From contig NZ_CP027570.1 of assembly GCF_003010495.1 (NCBI RefSeq), positions 30,001 through 62,000 of the forward strand: a stretch of DNA of 32,000 nt. The letters run 5' to 3'. Below, one piece after another: positions 15,418 to 22,430 of the stretch. Under the pieces are notes generated by a model. It was not told where the DNA came from. It made no database searches and saw nothing but the letters and a program-made list of their open reading frames with translations. Made by a program: the position numbers and the translations under genes. The stretch is from Megasphaera elsdenii DSM 20460. GTDB taxonomy: Bacteria; Bacillota; Negativicutes; Veillonellales; Megasphaeraceae. How positions within the stretch are numbered: position 1 is the stretch's first letter; each line of letters opens with the position of its first letter.

Positions 15418-17511
15418 CTATGCGGAACGGCGGATGGTCCGCGCCGGTTTGAGGATGCGGACGCTGTTGAGGACGACGGCCAGGGTGGCTGTGTTATGGA
15501 TGACAGCGGCCCAGAGGGGGCTGATCTTCCCTAAGGCGCCGAGGAGCATGGCTGCCGAGTTGACTACGATGGTAGCCGTAAAGTTCTGGTTGATGGCCCG
15601 CATCGTTTCCCGCCCGATGTACAGGGCATCGTACAGTTTCGACGGGTCTTCAGAGCGGATGGTGATGGCTGCCGATTCAGCGGCGATGTCCGTCTTGTTG
15701 CCGCCGAGGCTGACGCCGATATCGGCAAAGGCCAGGGCCGGCGCATCGTTGATGCCGTCGCCGACCATCATGACGTTGCCCCGCTTCTGCATTTTCATGA
15801 CGTAATTGGCCTTGTCTTCCGGCAGGATTTCGGCATGATACGAGTCGATATCCATGTCGCGGGCGACTTCGGCGGCGACGTCCTTGGAATCCCCCGTGAG
15901 CATGACGACTTCGTCGATGCCCAGGCGGCGCATGCGGTTCAAGGTCTTCTTCATGCCCGGACGGACCGGGTCCTGGATGACCAAAAAGCCGAGATACCGG
16001 CCATTGCGGGCGATGTACAAGAGGTTCTTGCCCCACGTCTTGTTGTCCGTGGCCGGCATGCCTTCTACGCCTTCTTCGGTCATGAAGCGGCGGCTGCCGA
16101 CGAGGACGTCCCCGCCTTCGTAGCCTTCAAAGTCCGGCACGGCAGCTTTCATGCCGCGGGCGACGACCGTTTCCGACGAAGCGTGCGGCGGCGTCTGCCA
16201 GCCCTGGGCATTGACGTATTTCTGGACGGCTACGGCCAGGGGATGGACCGAGTGCATTTCTGCCGAAGCGGCGAGGAGGATCATTTCTTTATCATCGACG
16301 CCTTCGACCGTTTCGATATGGTCGATCTGCGGGACGCCCATGGTAATGGTCCCGGTCTTATCGAGGACGACCGTGTCGATGTCGGCCAGGTTTTCGATGT
16401 AGTTGCCGCCCTTGATGAGGATCCCCTTGCGGGCTGCCACGCCGATGGCGGCCGAGATGGCCGTTGCCGTCGACAATTTCAGGCCGCACGAGAAGTCGAT
16501 GAACAAGAGATTGAGGACGCGCTGCCAGTCCTTGGTCGCCCCGTAGACGATGGCTGCGCCGATGAAGGAGATAGGAACCAGGAGATTGGCCATCTTATCG
16601 GCAAAGTTCTGGACCGGTGCCCGGCGGGTCTGGGCTTCTTCGACGAGGTGGATGATCTGGGCCAGGGACGTATCGGCGCCGACCTTCTCGACGCGGATGA
16701 CCAGGTCGCCCGCTTCGATGACGCTGCCGGCATAGACCGGCGATTTTTCCTGCTTGATGGCCGGGTTCGATTCGCCCGTAATGGACGCCTGGTTGACGGC
16801 GGCATTGCCGCTGACGACGCTGCCGTCGACACAGATCTTTTCGCCCAGGTGGACGGCGATGAGGTCGCCCCGCTTCAGCGATTCGACGGGGACCTTGCGT
16901 TCATGGCCGTTTTCGACGAGCCAGACGTCGCGCTGGTCTAGTTTGAGCAGGCCCGAAATCTGACGGCGTGCCTTTTCGGCGGCGTATTCGGTCATCATTT
17001 CGGCGCCGTTCGACAGGGCCAGGAGGGTCAGGCTCGATTCGGGCTTGCCGGCCAGGACGGACGCAGCGACAGCCGTCGCCGTCAGCGTGTCGGCATTGGC
17101 CTGATGGTCTTTTACGAGGCCCAGGATGCCGTTCTTAATGTAACGGCGTGCAATATATAAGGTAAATAATCGGCGAAACAAGAGGATCGACCCGTAAAAT
17201 TCCGGATTGACCTTGCGCAGGATGTTCATGGCGATGAAGCCGCCGACGGAGATAATCGCTTCCCGGCGGTACGTGGCGACGTCCATATCGTCGTTCTTGG
17301 CTTCTTTCTTGCGGCCATATTTTTCTTCAAAAGCGCGGACGAAGAGCTGGAGCGCCCGCAGGTCCAGCCGTCCCATATAGTAGACAGTGACCTTCTTTTC
17401 TTCGACAACAGCTGAGACGATGCCCCGGACCTGGCGGAGCTTGACACTCAGGACAGGCCGCAGGCGGCTGGGGAGCTCGCTGTTCAGGAAGATCGTATTG
17501 CGCATGTACAT
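15418..17511 (-). CDS. Atypical P1B-type (heavy-metal) P-type ATPase, FezB-like / P1B-6-like candidate
   Basis: 697 aa with TGES (ITGES), DKTGT, MLTGDS and GDGINDAPAL motifs. The TM4 metal motif is F-S-C-G (codons at 16491-16483) in place of CPC. TM6 reads AVIHNTATLAVVLNS. The N-terminal ~75 aa form a cysteine-less HMA-like domain with no CxxC. A GAGGAGG SD lies inside the end of the upstream gene. Confidence 0.93.
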   Translation of the reverse strand: MYMRNTIFLNSELPSRLRPVLSVKLRQVRGIVSAVVEEKKVTVYYMGRLDLRALQLFVRAFEEKYGRKKEAKNDDMDVATYRREAIISVGGFIAMNILRKVNPEFYGSILLFRRLFTLYIARRYIKNGILGLVKDHQANADTLTATAVAASVLAGKPESSLTLLALSNGAEMMTEYAAEKARRQISGLLKLDQRDVWLVENGHERKVPVESLKRGDLIAVHLGEKICVDGSVVSGNAAVNQASITGESNPAIKQEKSPVYAGSVIEAGDLVIRVEKVGADTSLAQIIHLVEEAQTRRAPVQNFADKMANLLVPISFIGAAIVYGATKDWQRVLNLLFIDFSCGLKLSTATAISAAIGVAARKGILIKGGNYIENLADIDTVVLDKTGTITMGVPQIDHIETVEGVDDKEMILLAASAEMHSVHPLAVAVQKYVNAQGWQTPPHASSETVVARGMKAAVPDFEGYEGGDVLVGSRRFMTEEGVEGMPATDNKTWGKNLLYIARNGRYLGFLVIQDPVRPGMKKTLNRMRRLGIDEVVMLTGDSKDVAAEVARDMDIDSYHAEILPEDKANYVMKMQKRGNVMMVGDGINDAPALAFADIGVSLGGNKTDIAAESAAITIRSEDPSKLYDALYIGRETMRAINQNFTATIVVNSAAMLLGALGKISPLWAAVIHNTATLAVVLNSVRILKPARTIRRSA

Positions 17512-17514
17512 GAC

Positions 17515-18165
17515 TTAACGCCTCCTCAATAAAGACAGGGCCCACCACAGCATCTGCGGTCCTGTCGGGCGTTGACCCAGGAATACGGTCTTCCGCAGGC
17601 CGCGAAGGGTCAGGACTACGGCGATCAGGGTCCGCAAATCCAGGAAGGCCTTGCTTTTCCGAAAAATAGCCTGACTGAAGACGTCGGCCGTATCCTGGAC
17701 AGCCTTCAAATACGTCGCCGATTCCGCTTTCCCGGCTTCAGCCTGTCCGGCATCGCAGACGGCACCGACAAGGCCTTCTACGGCATTTGGAAAGAGGCGG
17801 AAGCGGAAAAAGTTTTCCAATTTATCCAAGGTCCCTTCGCTATGGGCGAAGACCAAGATGCTGCCCGTAACGGCGCTGACCTGGACGAACTGGACATCCG
17901 GCAGGGTGCTGACTTTTTCTTCGATCAATTTAGCCAATTCCGCATTGCCAACGAGGGCGGCCGCACGGTAACGGCGGCGTCCTTTCAAGACAGAAACGCA
18001 GGCAAAATGGGGCACAGCAGCGGCAGGCTTTGCCGCCTGGACCTGAGACCGGCATACACCGGCGGGCGCAGCTGCGGCAGCCGCTTTGCCCTTCTTATTG
18101 TGGAACATATCGTATACGGCTTTGCCAATCGACGTGCCCACCATAAAACCTGAGGCATAAGACAT
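17515..18165 (-). CDS. Hypothetical protein: Gly-rich N-terminal hydrophobic segment, Ala-rich linker, cysteine-less HMA-like domain and hydrophobic C-terminus ending in RRR
   Basis: 216 aa, MSYASGFMVGTSIGKAVY..KGKAAAAAAPAG...VLKGRRRYRAAALVGNAELAKLIEEKVSTLPDVQFVQVSAVTGSILVF...RTLIAVVLTLRGLRK...MLWWALSLLRRR. Its stop is 3 nt from the ATPase ATG. An AAAGGAGAAGG SD lies upstream. Confidence 0.8.
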   Translation of the reverse strand: MSYASGFMVGTSIGKAVYDMFHNKKGKAAAAAAPAGVCRSQVQAAKPAAAVPHFACVSVLKGRRRYRAAALVGNAELAKLIEEKVSTLPDVQFVQVSAVTGSILVFAHSEGTLDKLENFFRFRLFPNAVEGLVGAVCDAGQAEAGKAESATYLKAVQDTADVFSQAIFRKSKAFLDLRTLIAVVLTLRGLRKTVFLGQRPTGPQMLWWALSLLRRR

Positions 18166-18167
18166 AA

Positions 18168-18452
18168 TTACCTTCTCCTTTCAACGTGGCTCATGATATA
18201 ATTTTCTACCCGGACGAGTTCCCGGTTGGCCCGCAGGACCTGCGGACGATACGTGATCAAGACAGAACCCGTGAGGACATTGACATCGACTTTATCGATT
18301 TCTTTATAGCTGGCAATGTAGGCATAGACCTTGCGGCCCAAATCAGCATTGCCGACGAGTTTCTTGCTGTACAGGCGGATACGGCCCGGCAAGTAAGACG
18401 AAATAGTAACAGATCTCATGATGAGGTCCCATTTCGACGTCGGAATAATCAT
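18168..18452 (-). CDS. Small cysteine-less HMA-like (HMA_2-type) protein ending in RRR
   Basis: 94 aa, ...YLPGRIRLYSKKLVGNADLGRKVYAYIASYKEIDKVDVNVLTGSVLITY...HVERRR. Its stop is 2 nt from the next ATG. An AGGAAGGA SD lies 8 nt upstream. Confidence 0.8.
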   Translation of the reverse strand: MIIPTSKWDLIMRSVTISSYLPGRIRLYSKKLVGNADLGRKVYAYIASYKEIDKVDVNVLTGSVLITYRPQVLRANRELVRVENYIMSHVERRR

Positions 18453-18477
18453 ACAAGCAGTCCTTCCTGTTTTTTTC

Positions 18478-18516
18478 CTAAAAAAAAGAAGCCGTCATCC
18501 AAGACGGCCTCTTCTT
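18478..18516 (-). terminator. Intrinsic terminator (possible attenuator) between the small membrane-protein gene and the HMA-like/ATPase genes
   Basis: The minus strand reads AAGAGGCCGUC, loop uuggau, GACGGCUUCUU (11 bp with one G-U pair), followed by U8. The U-run ends only ~20 nt before the start codon at 18452. Confidence 0.75.
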
Positions 18517-18518
18517 GA

Positions 18519-18580
18519 GTTTGAAGTTTGTAGTTTTTAGTTTTCAGCAAGTGAAAACGCAAAGGCCTTCACTACAAACT
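18519..18580. repeat. Heptad repeat array forming a nested hairpin directly after the small-gene stop codon
   Basis: gtttgaa/gtttgta/gttttta/gttttca (18519-18546) are in exact 7-nt register. The outer stem is agtttgtagt (18525-18534) with actacaaact (18571-80). The inner stem is gttttca (18540-46) with tgaaaac (18552-58). Confidence 0.8.
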
Positions 18581-18798
18581 TATTTCGCCTGTGCGGCTTC
18601 CTGGGCTGCAATCATGTCTTCCAATTCTTCTTTCTGACGCTGCAATTCAGCCAGGGGAACCGACGCGGTCATAGCACCGGCAGCCGGCTGCTGCAGAGCC
18701 ATGAGCTGCTGTTCCCGTTCAGACATCAATTTGTAACCGAAGACGCCGGCGACGACACCGATACCTAAGCCAATCCAAAAATCTGTATTCTGAAACAT
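18580..18798 (-). CDS. Small membrane-anchored coiled-coil protein with a glycine-zipper TM (YtxH-like architecture)
   Basis: I prefer ATG 18798 (MFQNTDFWIGLGIGVVAGVFGYKLMSEREQQ...; 72 aa), because the SD AAGGGAG ends at 18808: it abuts the tracked ATG at 18807 but sits 9 nt from 18798. The protein has one TM with a GxGxGxxxGxxG pattern, then a Gln/Glu-rich helix. Confidence 0.75.
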   Translation of the reverse strand: MFQNTDFWIGLGIGVVAGVFGYKLMSEREQQLMALQQPAAGAMTASVPLAELQRQKEELEDMIAAQEAAQAK

Positions 18799-18843
18799 AC
18801 GACACATCTCCCTTTAAAATATTGATATTCATTTACAGCTATT

Positions 18844-18872
18844 ATTATAAAGTGCTTTTCTTCACGTGTCAA
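18844..18872 (-). promoter_or_regulatory. Perfect-consensus sigma70 promoter of the small membrane-protein gene (and probably the whole ATPase cassette)
   Basis: The minus strand reads TTGACA (18872-18867), exactly 17 nt, then TATAAT (18849-18844). Confidence 0.75.
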
Positions 18873-18884
18873 TAGTACTTATCA
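18870..18884 (-). promoter_or_regulatory. Weak Fur-box-like motif overlapping the -35 element
   Basis: The minus strand reads TGATAAGtACTATTG, 10/14 against TGATAATnATTATCA. The surrounding sequence is AT-rich, so this could be a chance match. Confidence 0.25.
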
Positions 18885-18966
18885 ATTTCATTAGTGCATT
18901 TTGTTATTATTGCAAACATAAAATCATCCTATATCGCCTGATTGCGCTATGTTACTGGGTTCCCCA

Positions 18967-18995
18967 TTTATTTTCCCGGCCGGATTTGCTATAAT
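18967..18995 (+). promoter_or_regulatory. Candidate promoter for the kinase-like gene
   Basis: An extended -10, TGcTATAAT (18987-18995), with a weak -35 (TTTATT) 17 nt upstream. Confidence 0.4.
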
Positions 18996-19029
18996 ATAGA
19001 AATACTTCCAGGTATAGAAACTGTAAATT

Positions 19030-19788
19030 ATGAAATTGTATCTTAATATTTTGAAAGGTGTGACTTTCTTGTTCAACAAGTCTCTCTTAAAATCCGTTCA
19101 GTCTGCCATTGCCGAACACCCGGACAAGCGGGTTTTATCGCTTTCATTTGAAAATAAAAAGTATTTCATCAAACGCCGCAGGGGCAACGGCCGCAATGCC
19201 TTTGCCAAACAGAACCCGTCTGCCGCGTTCTGGTGCGAAGCCTATAAGATCATGACCGTCAACGCCCGCCTGCGCCTGGCGCCGAAACTGGTCCTCCTGG
19301 ATGAAGACTTCTTCGTCATGGAAGCGGCCGGCAAGACCCTGCAGGGCGTCGCCAAAGAAGCAGAATATGCCGACGTCCGCCAGGAGGCCTTTGAAAAAGC
19401 CGGCCAGGGCCTGGCCCGTCTCCACGCCGCCGGACTGCACCACGGCCGGCCGGCCCTGCGGGACATCGCCTACGACCGGGAAGACGGGACGATTACCCTC
19501 CTCGATTGGGAAAACGAAAAGAAATTCGTCGACGCGCCGGCACCGGTCCTGGACCTGTTCCTCTTCCTGCACAGCTGTTTCCGCGAAGAATGGCCGGACA
19601 ACGCCCTCATCGATGCGGCTGTCGCCGGTTATGGCAGCGTCGAAGGCAGCGACCAGGTCTTCATGGCGCTGAAAGCCTTCATCGCAGACCACCACACCCT
19701 CTTCGCGGTGTGTCACGCCCTGACCCCCTTCGGCTGGATCGACGTCGTCTCCGTAGACAAGGCCAAAGCCTATATCGCCGCCTTATAA
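19030..19788 (+). CDS. Protein-kinase-like fold protein (LPS/Kdo-kinase or RIO-like family) with a non-canonical catalytic loop
   Basis: Lys-containing strand YFIKRR, hinge FFVMEAAG, catalytic-loop position LHHGRPALRDI (canonical form HxDxxxxN) and LLDWE in the DFG position. The start is uncertain. ATG 19030 has no SD, whereas the in-frame TTG at 19069 has GAAAGGTG 8 nt upstream. Confidence 0.6.
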   Translation: MKLYLNILKGVTFLFNKSLLKSVQSAIAEHPDKRVLSLSFENKKYFIKRRRGNGRNAFAKQNPSAAFWCEAYKIMTVNARLRLAPKLVLLDEDFFVMEAAGKTLQGVAKEAEYADVRQEAFEKAGQGLARLHAAGLHHGRPALRDIAYDREDGTITLLDWENEKKFVDAPAPVLDLFLFLHSCFREEWPDNALIDAAVAGYGSVEGSDQVFMALKAFIADHHTLFAVCHALTPFGWIDVVSVDKAKAYIAAL

Positions 19789-20898
19789 GACAGAAAAGGC
19801 CGCCGCACAGCGGATGTAGCCGCCAGGCAATTCCTCGGCGGCTTTTTTCATCTGCAGGGCCAGGAGGATGGGCAGCAGGTCGGCGACGGCCAGGCCCGTC
19901 TTTTCCAGGAGCTCGCTCACCGGCGCCGCCCGGTCGAAGGGGATGACGTCGATGACGGCCTGTTCAGCCGGGCTCAGGCTGGGTGCTGCTGCCTCAGCGA
20001 CGGTTTCCGGTCCCTGCCAGCCGCGGCGGCGAAATTCCCGGATTACATCGTCGACGCAGGTCAAGGGAATGGCGCCGAGCTGCAAGAGGTGGTTCGTCCC
20101 GCGGCTGGTCTCGGAAAAGACACTGCCCGGCATGGCAAAGACGTCGCGCCCTTCGTCGAGGGCCAGGTCGGCCGTAATCAGGGAGCCGCTGCGCAGGGCT
20201 GCTTCGACGACGATCGTCGCCGCCGCCATGCCGGCGATGATTCGGTTCCGGGCCGGGAAATTCCGGGACAGCGGCTCGACGCCAAAGGCATACTCGGAAA
20301 TGACGGCGCCGCCGTTCTCGACGACCTGCCGGAACAGGGCCTTGTTTTCCCTGGGATAAGTCCGGTCCAGGCCGTTGGCAGCGACGACGACGGGGCGCCC
20401 CTTCCCCTTCAGGGCGCCCCGGTGGGCCCGCGTGTCGATGCCCCGGGCACCGCCGCTGATGATGGTAAAGCCCTGGGCCGCCAGTTCGGCAGCCAGTGAC
20501 TCCGCCGCGTTCAGGCCGTAAGGGCTGGCCTTGCGCGAGCCGACGATGGCGAGGCTGCTGCTGTCGCGGCCCATCGTTCCCTGACAGAAGAGGACCAGCG
20601 GCGGCTGGGCGGTGAAGGGCAGCCACGCCGGATAGTCGTCATCCCACAGGGCCAGGGGCCGGACGCCATAGAAATCCAGCTGATGCTGGAATCGGTCCCA
20701 GTCAAAAACGTTTCGTTCTTGTCTGAGCTGGGAAAATATCTTGGCCGGGATTCCCGTCCGGCGCCGCAAATCCTCATCCCAGACGGCTTCCCAGGCCCGG
20801 CGCGGCGAGCGGCAGACGTCGAGGAGGGCCTGCAGGCGGCGGCTGCCGCAGCCCTTGAGGGACTGGAGGGCCGCGGCGTACATCGTTTCATGGTTCAC
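19783..20898 (-). CDS. dprA: DNA processing/protecting protein DprA (Smf)
   Basis: 371 aa with a Rossmann-like DprA core (IVGSRKASPYG...ISGGARGIDTRAHRGAL...PGS.....GTN.L). GTG start at 20898 with GGAGG 7 nt upstream. Confidence 0.92.
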   Translation of the reverse strand: MNHETMYAAALQSLKGCGSRRLQALLDVCRSPRRAWEAVWDEDLRRRTGIPAKIFSQLRQERNVFDWDRFQHQLDFYGVRPLALWDDDYPAWLPFTAQPPLVLFCQGTMGRDSSSLAIVGSRKASPYGLNAAESLAAELAAQGFTIISGGARGIDTRAHRGALKGKGRPVVVAANGLDRTYPRENKALFRQVVENGGAVISEYAFGVEPLSRNFPARNRIIAGMAAATIVVEAALRSGSLITADLALDEGRDVFAMPGSVFSETSRGTNHLLQLGAIPLTCVDDVIREFRRRGWQGPETVAEAAAPSLSPAEQAVIDVIPFDRAAPVSELLEKTGLAVADLLPILLALQMKKAAEELPGGYIRCAAAFSVL

Positions 20899-20911
20899 AG
20901 TCTTCCCTCCT

Positions 20912-22426
20912 TCATGGCTGCTGCATCTTATTGCGGTAACTGATGGCTTCGGCGACGTGTTCCTTGGCGATGACCGGCTCTTTGGCCAGGTCGGCGATGG
21001 TCTGGGACACTTTGATGATCCGATCGTAGCTGCGGGCGCTGAGGCGCAGGACGTCGAAGGCTTCGCGCAGCAGCTGCTGGGCTGCTTCGGTCAATTGGCA
21101 CGTCGCCCGTATCTCCCGGTGGCCCATGTGGGCGTTGCAGGTGCAGCCATAGGGCGCCAGGCGCTCCTGCTGGCGACGGCGCGCCGACAGGACCCGCGAG
21201 CGGATGGCTGCCGACGATTCGGCTTTCCGCCGGGTTATCAGTTCCTGGTACGCCGGCCGCTCGACGCGGACGTGGAGGTCGATGCGGTCCAACAGGGGGC
21301 CGGAAATCTTATGGGTGTAGCGGCGTATCTCGCTTTCTGAACAAATACAGCCTTCATCGAAGCCGTAACGGCCGCAGGGACAGGGATTCATGGCGGCTAC
21401 CAGGACGAAGCGCGACGGATAGGACAGAGCCGCCTGGACACGGGCGATATGGACGACACCGTCTTCCAGGGGCTGGCGCAGGACTTCCAGGACCGACCGG
21501 GGAAATTCCGGCAGTTCGTCGAGGAAGAGGACGCCGTGATGACTGAGGGTCACTTCGCCCGGCTTGGGGATGGACCCGCCGCCGACGAGGCCGGCCATGG
21601 AAATGGTATGATGCGGGCTGCGGAAGGGCCGCTGCTGCAGGAGACGGCCCTTCCCGAGGAGACCGGCGACGCTGTAGATTTTGGTCGCTTCCAGGGCCTC
21701 GGCTTCATTCATGGGCGGCAGGATCGTCGGGATGCGCTTGGCCAGCATGGTCTTGCCGCTCCCGGGCGGTCCGATCATGAGGACGTTATGGCCGCCGGCC
21801 GCAGCGATTTCCAGGACCCGTTTGGCTTCGGCCTGGCCCTGGACTTCGGAAAAATCGACGTCGTAATCGGGCAGGTCCGGGTCCGGCAGTGCGGCCCGGG
21901 CGGCCTCTAACGCCTTCTCGCCCGTCAAATGGCCGGCGACGTCGCAGAGAGTCCCGACGCCATAGACCGTAAGGTCCGGGCAGAGCAGGGCTTCGGCGGC
22001 ATTGTCCCGGCTGACGAAGACCGTCTTCATCCCCTGGGCCGCCCCTTCCAGGACCATGGGCAGGATGCCGTTCACCGGGCGGATGCGACCGTCCAGGGCC
22101 AGTTCACCCAGGAAGAGGCAGTTTTCGCAGACCTCTTCGGGAATCTGGCCGCTCGACACGAGGATGGCCACGGCCAGGCTCAGGTCGAGACCGGCCGTAT
22201 CCTTCTTGAGGTCGGCCGGCGCCAGGTTGACCGTCAGGCGGCGCATGGGAAATTCATAGCCGCTGTTCTTGACGGCTGCCCGGACCCGCTCTTTGGCCTC
22301 TTTCACCGACGTCGCGGCCAAACCGACCAGGTCGAACGACGGCAGACCGTTGGAGATGTCCGTCTCGACGGCGATGACATGGCCGTTCAGGCCCAACGTC
22401 GCCGCCCCGTAGATACGCGCGAACAC
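20912..22426 (-). CDS. comM: YifB/ComM family Mg-chelatase-like ATPase
   Basis: The true start is most likely GTG 22426 (VFARIYGAATLGLNGHVIAVETDISNGLPSFDLVGLA...), 5 nt after the yraN stop, giving 504 aa. It has Walker A GPPGSGKT, Walker B LFLDELPEF and a C-terminal ChlI-like domain. The tracked 621-aa ORF adds an implausible Arg/Ser-rich extension that overlaps yraN out of frame. Confidence 0.9.
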   Translation of the reverse strand: MFARIYGAATLGLNGHVIAVETDISNGLPSFDLVGLAATSVKEAKERVRAAVKNSGYEFPMRRLTVNLAPADLKKDTAGLDLSLAVAILVSSGQIPEEVCENCLFLGELALDGRIRPVNGILPMVLEGAAQGMKTVFVSRDNAAEALLCPDLTVYGVGTLCDVAGHLTGEKALEAARAALPDPDLPDYDVDFSEVQGQAEAKRVLEIAAAGGHNVLMIGPPGSGKTMLAKRIPTILPPMNEAEALEATKIYSVAGLLGKGRLLQQRPFRSPHHTISMAGLVGGGSIPKPGEVTLSHHGVLFLDELPEFPRSVLEVLRQPLEDGVVHIARVQAALSYPSRFVLVAAMNPCPCGRYGFDEGCICSESEIRRYTHKISGPLLDRIDLHVRVERPAYQELITRRKAESSAAIRSRVLSARRRQQERLAPYGCTCNAHMGHREIRATCQLTEAAQQLLREAFDVLRLSARSYDRIIKVSQTIADLAKEPVIAKEHVAEAISYRNKMQQP

Positions 22427-22430
22427 AGCC

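Noticed and set aside
18580-18807. Tracked start ATG 18807 (MCRMFQ...) for the small membrane protein
   Set aside because: The SD AAGGGAG directly abuts this ATG with zero spacing. The in-frame ATG at 18798 is 9 nt from the SD, so I prefer it. The difference is only 3 residues.
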